Shown here: positions 24,216 to 35,991 of the stretch, piece by piece
Layout: each line of letters starts with the position of its first letter
Position numbering within the stretch: position 1 is the first letter of the stretch
DNA from: Malacoraja senta
Taxonomy: Eukaryota
NCBI GenBank assembly: GCA_038087875.1
Contig: CM075982.1
Coordinates: forward strand, 60,512,001 to 60,576,000
Direction of reading: 5' to 3'
DNA: 64,000 bases
The notes under the pieces: generated by a model
The model's input: the letters and a program-made list of their open reading frames with translations, nothing else
What the model was told of the DNA's origin: nothing
The model's database searches: none
Program-made: the position numbers and the translations under genes

Positions 24216-25512
24216 AGTATGCACCATTTAAAGGTTATGTTTCAAAAACATGCAATGGTCTTTTTAACAGCACCTGTCTAGCCCAACTTTTCTACCTAGA
24301 TGGCCAAGGGCAGTAGGAAAATGGGATTATAACCACCCGTAAATTCTATTCAAATCATGCACTATTCTATTTATCCAGGAAATAGGATGCTGTGTAGCTG
24401 CTAGGTCATATATTTCTAGAGCTTCCTGTCTAACAGCTGTGTGAGTATGTGTACACTTCAAGAACTGCAGATGTTCCAGAAACTGTCTCCCTGCCACTTC
24501 TCAAGAAATGAGCAATGAGCAAAATCACTTGCATTATCAGCAATTTCCATTTCCCAGGAATGAATTAAAACAAACGCAGTGAAGTTTTGGTGCTGACAGA
24601 AGTCTTCTAACCTCTTCCCTGTGCTTGTGGTACTAATTCAAAATTTATGCTCTTGTGATCTGAACATTTCATGCCCAGAAAACAAGCTGCTAGAGTTATA
24701 ATTCCGTAGACAAATTCACTTCACAATATCATTTGGGTTTTGTGCTGCCTGGCTGTCTGAAGTGAAACTTTGAAGCAACAGGACATTTATGGGGTTAGCA
24801 CCGTAATTAATATTTTTTCCACACAATATCTGTAGAGAATCTATCTCCAATGGCAGAGTATTAGAGCAATGTTGAGCTATTGCAGTGGGTGAGTGTTCAA
24901 AATATAGTAGTTTTTAAATAGAATTTACTTGTTTCATGATGAATGACCTTGGCGACAAGCTCGAAAGTCATGAGTCCAAATCCCAAGCTTCCCCTCAGTG
25001 CACTGCTATGAGATTGGTACTTCTGCAGGATAATGTTAGAATGGAGGAGGTGATAGTTATGGATCAAATTTTATTTGAATTTCTCCATCTTCTTGGTTGA
25101 CTGAGAGAAGTGGAAGAAAGTGGGGAACAAATTAGGAATATTTTGTGAAGTGCTTTGTTGAAGGGCACCTCAATAGCACAGGGGAAAAAATTATAGCATT
25201 TTGTATATGCTTCAGCCTTCCTATAAATAACATTAGTGGAGATATGTCTTTTATATGATTTACTATCAGAAACAGATGCTGCTTGCTGATTAAAAGTATA
25301 TAGGTAATGACCACATTGCGCTGCCTTGGTAGGACTTATATTTTAATCAAAAGCATCTGTTTCTCACTTTCAGTGTGCCATATTTATATGAAAGCTGTGC
25401 ATTAAAATAAGTCACAGGATCCTGTGGGACAATCCTTCATTCTTTCAAATACAGATCAGAGAACAGGCTGAACAGTTGTGTAGCGTCTCTTTGTCCATCT
25501 TCATTTATGCAC

Positions 25513-25602
25513 TTATTCTGAAGTAGGGTCCCAACCCGAAACATCCCCTCTCCATTTTCTCTGGAGATGTTGCCTGACCCGCTGAGTTTCTCCAGAATTC
25601 TG
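25513..25602 (+). mobile_element. Penelope-derived short element
   Basis: ctgaagtagggtcccaacccgaaacatc; 21-bp flanking repeat at 25492-25512 and 25603-25623 (2 mismatches). Confidence 0.8.
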
Positions 25603-26309
25603 TGTCCATCTTCAATTATTCACCATTGATTTGCCTTAGACACCCGTAGTTGTTTTTTAAAATATAAGTTTTGAGTTATTGGGTGAAGATTTGAATGCAG
25701 TTTTGGGTTCATTTACTTATCTTAGGCTAATTTCTATTTCTCATTAGTGCACTGTCTCTAAGTGAAAATCATTTAGTTTCATATCTACTTCGATAATGCC
25801 CAACTCCACCTTTCCAAAATGTATTTGCATCGTTCCACTGCCTCCACCTTGTCAGGCTATGTGTCCTGAAATTCACTAATATAGCATAAGTATTGGGAAT
25901 ATTGAGTCATTTGTCTTTATTTCCTATCCCAATCCCTGTACAGTGGCTACCAACACCAACCCTCCCCTGGTAACCTGATGTCGCGTTTAGATCTGGGACG
26001 AATTGCCAGCCATATAACTACATCACCACTAAGTTTGTTTTTACCAGCTCGGAAATATTGCTCGAGCCTACACCGTCTCTTCATATATAGTTCATCAGAT
26101 GTTTGTCCACATTGATGTGAACTATAGCTGCAAATTTAAATCTAGGGTGTTGGGAGTTCATTTTATTTGTGACCATAAATGTGTTCCCAAAATATACTGT
26201 CGACTTGAATAAGCAATTTTGAAGGTCCAGTTTACAAACTACCGATTTGTGAGTTATTTCACAGAAATATATATTGAAACTAATAGCACCAGAGACTATT
26301 TACCTCATT

Positions 26310-26620
26310 GCATTCATGCTGGGTAAAAAATAGCTACTTGGTCTACTCTTGCAGCTCAGATCCCAGTCTATAGCTTTCAGAGTCAAGGGCACTTCAAGTG
26401 CTCGATCAGCTTCTTTTTAAATGTGTTATGGGTTTTGTTTCCATCACCTTTCCAGGCATCGAGTTCCAGACCAGTTTCATGCTTTGGGTGAACAACATCT
26501 TTCCTCAACTCCCCTTTAATCATCCACTAATTATTTTAAATTGATGCCTCATGTGTTTACATCGCTCTGTTACATGAATTGGTCCTTCCTGTTCACCCCT
26601 CTGGCCCTCTCATACATTAC
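26310..26620 (-). mobile_element. Old CR1 3' fragment
   Basis: ccatcacctttccaggcatcgagttccagacc...tttgggtgaacaacatctttcctc...attttaaattgatgcc. Confidence 0.6.
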
Positions 26621-29519
26621 AAAATGCACTTGAACATGCATTTAGATTTGAAACCGGTTTGAGGGGTTGAGGCTATGTTACTTCACAGCAGTAAGTGTTG
26701 AATATGACATTTTCTTACTAATTTTTGTACTTTGTTCAGAACAATATACTTACCATGTAGCCCACAAAACATGGCCCAAATATATATATTATTCATATTT
26801 CCGTGTTATATGGAGAATGATCACAAACATGCTTGATCATCTTCTGATCTAATGCCTGTACAAGTACACTTCTAACATGAATAAATGGTGCCCAGATCTT
26901 GCACCAATAGTTGCATCTCCACCATTTTGCCCAATTAATATTTAGTTAGCTCAGCATTGAATAATGATTAGACGAGCAAAGAAAGCAAAATATGTGTTTT
27001 GGTATTTTCTTTCACATCTCAGGATGTTTCCAATCGTTTTGGTCCCAGTGAAGCACATTAATAACTGTTGTCGTAATGTGGACATTGTTCTGTGAATGCT
27101 GTGAAGTTATATGACTGGCTAAGTTGATGCAGGATTTGGTGCAAATATGTATGTTAAAGAAACTACACGTTGGTAAAGTTGCCTAGCTTCCTTTAGGTAA
27201 AACTGCATTTAGCCTGCAGGTTTGTGCTAGATTAGATTAGATCCTTCTCTAGGCTCAGGGCAGACTGTGGCGCCACTTGTCCTCTGGAATACTCAAATCA
27301 ACTAAGAGTGAAATAGGTGTGTTTGTTGCCATTCTCACTATTTAAAGGGACATTCTGATAACAGTGAAGATTGGGCTGCAGCTTCAGAACTGATTCGGGC
27401 TGCTCAGACACCTACCAATTCCACAGAGTGCAATACAACAGAAAGAGAATGTTTTATCCAACATTTGAGTGTTGAGATATTCTTTCCATGGCTGCATAAG
27501 TAGCAATGTCATTCTGAACATGCTATCAGTTGAGGCCTCATTATAGCCAGAGCTGGATTCAGATACCTCAGGGGAAGAGATAAGGACATGTCCATCTGTG
27601 AAGAAACCACTGCCAGAGAGTTTTCAGAGATGCCACATCCTACTTGGATTTGTTTGATCAACAAAGTGTTTACCGTTATAAGTTTACCAAAGCTGAAAAA
27701 GCTTCCTCCACCTGATTCTGATAGTCTAATGGGGCATGGGGCATGGGGGGGGGGGGGACCTTCCTGACATTTACCACACCCATGAGAAGATCAAATTCTC
27801 TCACCAAATTTAGGGATCCCTCTTTCTCCTACAGCTTATCTCTCTGTGGCAGTTTGATTGTGTGTCATTATTGCCTGTCTGCAATATGGACTGTGCCTTT
27901 AAGAACAGCGAATGTCTCTTTTAAGAAAGATGCCCTTTGATTGAGATGTAGAAAATTATTGTAAGCTGTGTACAACTGCATGTAGGTCTCAGTTTAATGC
28001 ATAATTCTGGGTGTAAACTACTCTAAAGCTGTTTCATTATGTGTTTGGCCAAGTTTCGGATTTTGTTGCGAGCATCCTAACCTGACATTAGTGTTCCATG
28101 CAGTGACATTTAGTGCACCAGAGGTAGATGAATGTAAATTTCCCTGCATCGATATTTTCATTTATAAGTAGTAGTAGGCAATGTGTTTCGCATGTGTCCT
28201 ATTTTTTCCATTTGTTTTTTCATAAAATGGCAAGATATATACAGATGAGGGTTGTTGTTTGGACTACCGTAGTTCAGATATGCAAAGAAAACCCAGCTGG
28301 TCTTCCAAAATCTTTACTCCCATCTTCTGACCCCAAGAACCATTTAAACTGTCTTTTGAATGTAAGGATCCTCTCCGCATTCACAGCGTCCGTTTATTTA
28401 TTGTGATTAGTTTGTTGTGTTCTATTAATGGATTGCCAATTTGCCTCTTGGTTGGTGTGGGAAAGTTGGGCCGAAGGGCCTGTTTCCACACTGTATTACT
28501 CTAACACTCCAATTTTGAATAGGGGTTAGCACATACAACATTTCTGTATATTTCAGTACAAAAAAAGTCTTTTTTTAATCATCTTCCACAGCAAAATAAT
28601 TATATGCTTTCCATTATTCCCTTCTTACTCTCATAGTTTTTCCATGTCCTGAATATTTTCATTAAGCCTGTGACCTAAGCTGAGTACAAGATTTGGCACA
28701 ATTTGACCAGTGAATTACACAGTTTAATCTTGACATCTTCTGTCTTTACAGAAGTAATAATGTTCAATGTTCTACTTTCAGTGTTCAGTTGCTGATTCGC
28801 AGTAATCTAACGGATGTGTTAAATGACAAGTCTGCGGTGATTCCAAGACTCTTCCCAAATATACCAATTAACTGTTGACCTTAGTTGCACTATAGCAACT
28901 TTTCTGAGTAACATTTATTATTTCCATTTGTCTGCATCAAACCTCTTGTCACTGTTGCATTAATTTTCAGCTTTCATCCATCTTCAGGAGATTCTGACTA
29001 GCCTCTTCTCCACTAACATCTATTGCCTGAAAATCACCTCTCATTCGATATTGACTGGGGAAAGAATTTCAAAGGCAAAGAACTGCACACTGACACAGAC
29101 AAATAGTGTAGGAAGGAACTGCAGATGCTAGTTTAAACGAGAGAGAGACACAAAACGTCAGAAAAGTGACGTCATTATCCTTGGCTTCCATCTTTATTGC
29201 CTTGGGCTGCTCAGAGTCTTAAAACTTTATTGACTTGGAGATGAGCTTCTAAACAATGTAGTTTCATCCCAAACCCCAACTCCTTCCTTTTTGGTTATAT
29301 CACCACATAAACCACTAATTCATTCATTATTTGGTTGTAAGAGGAACGTACCAGGTGTCTTCTTTTGTGTTCATCTTCCATGTTTCAAATGTTGACATCG
29401 CTGTCATCGTCCATCCTGAAAAGGATGCAAGCTTCTGCGACAATCAATGGGAGCCATCACTTGTTGCAATAGATGATGGTGGTAGCAGAATTAGCTCAGG
29501 ATACTTCCAGTTTCCAGCC

Positions 29520-30815
29520 CCGTGACATGAACACTTCTGCTATGAGGCCATACCAAGTGTGATAGAGAAGGAAGTAAAAGACATGAATGAGTTGCATTAT
29601 TAATCATGGAGAATGTCATGGTTGCACACAGAGATGACATATTGGACGGTTCATCTACTGAAGCAATAAGGCTAGAACTCAAAAATAAGAAACAGTATAA
29701 TTAATGATCCAATTATATCATAGGCCTACCAATAGCCAGCAGCAGATAGAGGGACAGATATGTAGACAGATTATCAAAAAATGCAAATGTAATAGGGTTG
29801 TCATAGTGGATGACTTTTACCTCCCCAATATTGACTGGGATTTCCTTAGATGGGGCAGAATTTGTTAGGTTTGTTCCAAATGGGTTTCTTGAAACAGTAT
29901 ATAGACAGTCTAACTACTAGAGGGACCATACTGAACCTTCTATTGGGAAATTAACCTGGTCAAATGATTGGAGTTTCAGTGGGGGAGCATTTTGAGAATA
30001 GTGATCACAACTGTTTAAGTTTTAAGATAGTATGAATAAGGATATGTCTGGACCTAAATTGGGGGAGGGCAAATTACAACATTATTGGGCAGGAGCTAGG
30101 GAGATAAATGGGGACGCCAGTTATAAGTTCACATTTGAATGAGAATTGATTATAGACCAGCAGATCAGAGTTCAGGACCACTGCCTTCCAATAAAGAGGA
30201 GGGAAAATGATGGCAAGGTAAGGGAACCTTGGATGATGAGAACGATTGGAAAACTTGGTTAAAAAACATAAGGAAGCATATGTAAGGTTTCAGAAGAAGA
30301 AATCAGATAGGGTCTTTGTAGAATATTAATAATATAGGAAATAACATTATCTTTTAGGAGGGCCAAAAATGGGCTATGAAATATTACTGGCAAATCAGAT
30401 TAAACAGAATCCTTGTTTACGAAGGTAAATGGAGATAATCTAGGAGATTATAGACTGGTGAGCATCATATCAGTGATAGGTAAACTATTTGAGAGGATTC
30501 TTTACATTAGGATTTATTCTCATTTGGAAGGGAATAGGCTAAATAGGGACAGTCAACATTGCTTTGTATGGGGCAGATCATATCTTAGTGTGGTCATAGT
30601 GGTGGAAAGGTGTCATTTTGGCAGTAGGTTTGTGACCAATGATGTTCTGTAGAGATCAGTACTCAGACACACATTTTTAGATGACTTGGACATAAATGTA
30701 GATGGGTTGGTTAGTAGTGTGTGGACAGAAGAGATTAGTCTAATTTGGCATCATGTTCAGCATGGACATCATGAGCCGAAGGGCGTGTTCTTGTGTTGTA
30801 CTATTCTATTCTAAC
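29520..30815 (+). mobile_element. Internally deleted CR1 (endonuclease, start of RT, 3' tail)
   Basis: RPTNS (YRPP-like), DFYLPNIDW, SDHN, GDYRLVSIISVIGKLFERI, DSQHCFV; tail gagccgaagggcgtgttcttgtgttgtac. Confidence 0.85.
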
Positions 30816-30832
30816 TGTTGCCATATCGTTGA

Positions 30833-30933
30833 AAGTAGACACAAAATGCTGGAGTAACTCAGTGGGACAGGCAGCATCTCTGGAGAGGAGGAATGGGTGA
30901 CGTTTCGGATCGAGACCCTTCTTCAGACTGATG
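30833..30933 (-). mobile_element. Penelope-derived short element with intact hammerhead-like core (30899-30926)
   Basis: Perfect 10-bp TSD atatcgttga at 30823-30832 and 30934-30943; core CUGAAGA-A-GGGU-CUCG-AUCC-GAAA-CG-UC. Confidence 0.88.
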
Positions 30934-31019
30934 ATATCGTTGACACCTCTATACTGTACTTAAATCTTCCAAAATCCATTCAGTAAACTTCTATGCTCTA
31001 CTCCTATTCTAAATTTTGC

Positions 31020-31125
31020 TTCCTCCGACGAGGCGTCTTCAACCTTAAAATGCTAACTCTTTTTCTCTTTCCACAGATGCTGCCGGACCTGTGAGTGCTT
31101 CCTGCATTTTCTGTTTTTATTTGCT
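31020..31125 (+). mobile_element. Old Penelope-derived repeat
   Basis: taactctttttctctttccacagatgctgccggacctgtgagtgcttcctgcattttctgttttt. Confidence 0.6.
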
Positions 31126-33634
31126 CCCTCCTTGTGCTGCACAGTCATGCACACTCATGGATCTACACTGGCATGGCCCACTGTTTAAAATTCTCAAATC
31201 CCTGTATTGAGTTTCTCGACAGACCCATCCAATACTAACAGTCTAATTTCCTCTAGTTTTTTAACTTCACACTTTGAAGTCTCAATTTCTCTGGTATTTT
31301 GCCCATTTCACCCCTTCCCACAATCTACTTCTGCTAATGCCCACTAGCTGCTGAATTATGTTTACTAGAATCTGTTCCAAAACCTTTCTGCCTCTTCATT
31401 TTCTTCTTATAAGGACACTCATTAAAATCCACTTATTGTGATAGCATTTGCCTTTGTATTTCAATATTTCTATAAATTCTCAAGATTCTGCACAGCCACT
31501 CTTTCTCTTTTGACAGCGACAGGGATAAAATTAAATATTTTGCTTTGGTGAATTTTTCACAGACAAATGAATGTTGTTTTCCTCCAATGTTGCAGTATAA
31601 GGGCTAACTCCGTAATCGTGCATCTGGCCAAAAAAACAATGCTCACAAGTGAAAGCTCGTCAGGAAATCTTGCTCCACTGATCCATCTGTTCCAATGAAT
31701 CTCAGTAAAATTGGGCTGTAGGTCCAAAGCTTCCCAAACAGTCCTACCCTTGGCAGATGGGTAATTTATGGGGATGGAAATACCACTTCTCGCCAGGGCA
31801 CCCAGTCATGGAAATCAGCAGTGTACTATTTATACATAACATTGGTGATTTGCATAATTACAACTGAGTCCGACTGGAAGCATTTAAAATCTATAAGACG
31901 CCAGCCTTTGGAAGAACAGCTCATACTCTCTCACTTAGTATTACGCATCCAATCTTGTTTTCACAATAAATTTTTAAGTAGTAGGTCCAGCTTCTGCTCT
32001 GGATTTATTCCAATCTATAGCGTATATAGAACAGAATTTAGTTGTGGTTTTTTCCTATGTGATTGCGAAAGTGGTAATGTGCAAAATTTTAAGACCAAAG
32101 AATTTACAGCATCTTCTGACGTACCTCATCAATTTAGCAGCACAGTCCAGCACTCTTTTTATGTCGATTATTGATGTTCTGCGGTGATTTGACATGTAAC
32201 ACGCCAAGTCTGTTTTCAATCCTAGGTATGAATAATTTCCTCAAAGCACATAAAAGTTAACTGCGTTAAAATACTGTATAATTCTGTGCAGCAACCTGGC
32301 ACCTATAAATTATTCTGGTCTATGAAATGTCGTAACGTTAGCCTGTAGAAAATTGCCATTAGATCAATTCTATTATAATTGATTTATCAACTGAATTCTC
32401 ATGTCTTCATTTTTTAATTCTCCAAAAGTAAAAGATTTGGTTATCTTCATCAATACTATTCTTTTGCTTTTCTGACCCTGTTCTGTTCTAGTGATCATTA
32501 AGTCGAATCTCAATCTCAATGCCTGCAAGTGAGGTTTCAATACACATTTTGTAAATTTGTTGTTCAGAATGACAAAATTTACCTTGCTTCCTCATTTGGT
32601 CTGCATACCTTAAGAAAGAGAAATGGAGAACAGCAAAAAAAAAGCTAATTCTAAAGCATCTCAACTAGGCGGAGATCCAAAAATGTCAAGTTCTGGAACC
32701 CAAGCTTTGTGCTTCTACTTAACTGCAAAGTTGATGGATTTTTGACAGGTTTATAGCTGACAAGTTCCATGGCTAGTCAAGCAGTGCAATTATGTTTGAG
32801 TTAATTTGATATAATCAAGTTGATGTTATGCAGTCCCAGTTGACTCAGGCAGTGTGTGTAGTCAATTTTCTGCTGGAGGTTATAAATAAGAATTGAAATT
32901 TTAGCTAATCCCATCACAGGGAAAAAACAAATATTGCACAGTGGTTTATCTCAAGTTTATTGTGCTTTCTAAAATAATGCTGAGAAAAGTCAATTAATAT
33001 TGCAGGTAACCTGATCATTCACAAGAAAGGAAAGGGACATTTAGCTGTTAGTGAGCAAAGCAATAAATGCTGAAACACAGCACTTGTTTTGATATGTTTC
33101 TTTTAGTGTAGTTAAACTGGCAGGGGCTGTCTCTTTTCTGAACTGAGCTGAGCATGCATGCTTAAGAAAGCATGTCATGGGAACAAGCTTTTGGGAGTCT
33201 GGTTGTTGCAGTCTACACTGCCTTTCCAGATGTGCTCAGTACTAATGCATTAACTAGCAGCAGGGAGTTTGGGTTGATGTGGGTTTCACTGTGTTTAAAT
33301 CCAAAGGCTAAGTTTTGCTTAGAAATATGATTATGACCCGGATCATATATTGAACAATAGCAGAAAAATAACACCTACTTTCCGTACAAAAATTAACCCA
33401 GTTCCCCCTCCTGTGGCTCTCATAATAACGTATAGACTCTTTTGGCGGCTTCTGACAGGGCTGAAGACAGACGGGGGCACTATTTGGGCAAGAATCAAAA
33501 TTTGAGTTTACTTCACTACTTTGGAAATTCCATTCTAAACTAATAATTGTTTAGTTCTTTTGTAGCATTCAGTAGCTAAGGAAAATTACTTGTATGTTAA
33601 AATATATATTAGGGCTCTGATTCACAAACAATTA

Positions 33635-33825
33635 CAGAATTGTAGAGCCATAAAGCACAGAAACAGGCCCTTTCAGCCACCTCTTTCATGCCGACTGTGA
33701 TGCCTATCCATGCTAATCCCATTGGCCTGCATTTTCCTGTATCACTATCCAAGTACCTGTCCAAACACCTTTTAAATACTGTAATTATATCTGCTTCCAC
33801 TATTTTCTTTGGCAGCTTGTTTCAG
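33635..33825 (-). mobile_element. CR1 3' tail fragment
   Basis: ORF 33609-33800 contains EADIITVFKRCLDRYLD; cacagaaacaggccctt tail. Confidence 0.85.
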
Positions 33826-34324
33826 AACCGTACATATCCTGATATAGGTGGGTTCTAATAGTGAAAATAGCCTCAGCATGTAATTCATCTCAAGGGGACC
33901 ATAGTTTGATTTATTGCATGACTCTGCCTCCCAAACCTTGTAACCTTTTGGAGAAACATCACAAAACCAAGGTTAAATATCTTTTGTACAGTCAATGTAC
34001 ATCCAGTGAGAATTAGTTCAAACTGTGCATTTTTAATTTGCAGTTCAGTGGCATCCTTTTAAGTGAAAGACTATCCGAAGATATCAGTAGGTATCCTGCA
34101 GCAGATGATGTGATACCCAATAATCTGATTTCAGATTATTTAAAGTCTTCTACCGTTGGTTTTCATCAATTGTCCACATTGAAACAGATTTACATTGACT
34201 TTCTAAGGCATTGCTGCATTGTCTGAACTGACTTCTTTCAGTAACAATCTAGTAAAACTTTTCTTTTTCTCTCTCAGTTGGATGCATGTTAGCATTTTGA
34301 AGAAAAAACATTTCTCCCATGTTT

Positions 34325-34650
34325 ATCCTAAACCAATATCGCTAAATAGATTAACTTGTCATTATCATGCTTCTGTTTGGGGGATCTCATTATCTGCAAA
34401 TTATAAGTCGTTTTTTCCTACATTACAATAATATATCCACTTCAGAGGTAGACAAAAATGCTGGAGAAACTCAGCGGGTGAGGCAGCATCTGAGGAAGGG
34501 TCTCGATTCAAAAGGTCACCTATTCCTTCGCTCCATAGATGCTGCCTCACCCGCTGAATTTCTCCAGCATTTTTGTCTATCCACTTCAGAAGTACTTCGT
34601 AGGCTATGAAGCATTTTGGGACATTTTTGGTTAGCATTAAGGCTATTTTA
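34325..34650 (+). mobile_element. Deu-domain SINE interrupted by a Penelope-derived palindrome
   Basis: gtcattatcatgcttctgtttgggggatctc...ttcctacattacaa...cacttcaga[insert]agtacttc...aagcattttgggac. Confidence 0.65.
34447..34577. mobile_element. Palindromic Penelope-derived element
   Basis: Perfect 13-bp TSD tatccacttcaga at 34434-34446 and 34578-34590; inversion junction at the CUGA of the core. Confidence 0.88.
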
Positions 34651-35157
34651 ATTTAAGATTTTGTTTGATTAAGATTTGTTTTTTTGGTTAATATTTTTTA
34701 ATAAACTTTACATATGAATGCTTTCCTGTACATATATTTAAAGTAAAAAAGTATGAAACCAATGGGAAACATCACACTTACTACTCATACATAAAATATC
34801 ACGTTTGTTTATTTCATGCACTCAACTACTTTCAAATTTTTGGGGGGTTTTGTTCTTGAACCCATTCAGATTGGGTTCACTTGGGTTACTGCCATTTATG
34901 TGTGCATTTACTTTTGTACAATGTCATGGCTAAACTGAAGAGATTAATTAAACGTATTCTTTTGTCCAAAGAATTAAGTGTCATCTTAAGTTTGATACTA
35001 TTATGGAACTAAAACATTGTTTTCAAACTGGAGTTAATGGATGTCTGCAAACCTGCTTTCAGATATTTATGTTAGGTTGATTTAGAAGTACACATATCTG
35101 TTGTGGTAAAGTAATAACATCTATCCTGTAATGATAGCAATGTCTTCCATTTAGTTA

Positions 35158-35527
35158 AGGGCCTGTCCCACTTTCCCGAGTTATTCACGAATTCTCCCGA
35201 GTTTTCCACTTGATTCAAACTCGCAGAATGTTTGTAACGAGTCCGTAGGAGGCCGTAGGAGTCCGTGGATATATCATAGCGGCTCGTTATGCCAGCCGTA
35301 GGTACTCGGGGCATCAGGTAAGTTGGGACGTTTTTTCCAGCCTGATCAAATATGTCCACGAGTAGACAAATAGCCCCGAGTACCTACGGCTGGTATAACG
35401 AGCCGCTACGATATATCCACGGACTCCTACGGCCTCCTACGGACTCGTTACGAACATTCTGCGAGTTTGAATCAAGGGGAAAACTCGGGAGAATTCGTGA
35501 ATAACTCGGGAAAGTGGGACAGGCCCT
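35158..35527. mobile_element. PIF/Harbinger-type MITE with 155-bp inverted arms
   Basis: TIR AGGGCCTGTCCCACT...AGTGGGACAGGCCCT; TTA TSD at 35155-35157 and 35528-35530; arms 35158-35312 and 35373-35527. Confidence 0.9.
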
Positions 35528-35912
35528 TTAGAAGTACTTCACTTTGAGAAGGAGTCCCTATAAAAGTAAATCCTACATGTGGAAGATTCTAGATAGTAGT
35601 TGTGTGAAGTAAAGGACAAGGGCAGCTATTTAGCAAACTTGCCATTTTTTAAAAATGTTCTACCTCAGGAGCATTATAACCCAACAGGGAAAGGGCAGCT
35701 TTTGAGGAAGTGCTCGTCTTCTTTTGTATTAATGCGTTATTGTCTAAATTCAAAACCGCACCAGCCATCATCAGCCACGTGGTGAAATGCAACTATGATG
35801 TTTGTGAAAGGCATGGTGAAAGGCAAAAACAATTACACTGCTGGAAGGTCCAGTCTTCAGCTGTCAAAGCTAGATAGAAGGACTCATTAAAGCACACAAT
35901 GCCATGTGCATT

Positions 35913-35991
35913 TACACACGCGCGGTGTGCGCACACATTAACACACACACACACACTCACTCACACACTCATACTCACACACACACACACA
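35913..35991 (+). repeat. Imperfect (CA)n microsatellite
   Basis: Read directly. Confidence 0.9.

Noticed and set aside
35158-35527. piggyBac/TTAA-type element
   Set aside because: With TIRs aligned symmetrically the duplication is 3 bp (TTA here, TAA at 55468), which fits PIF/Harbinger.
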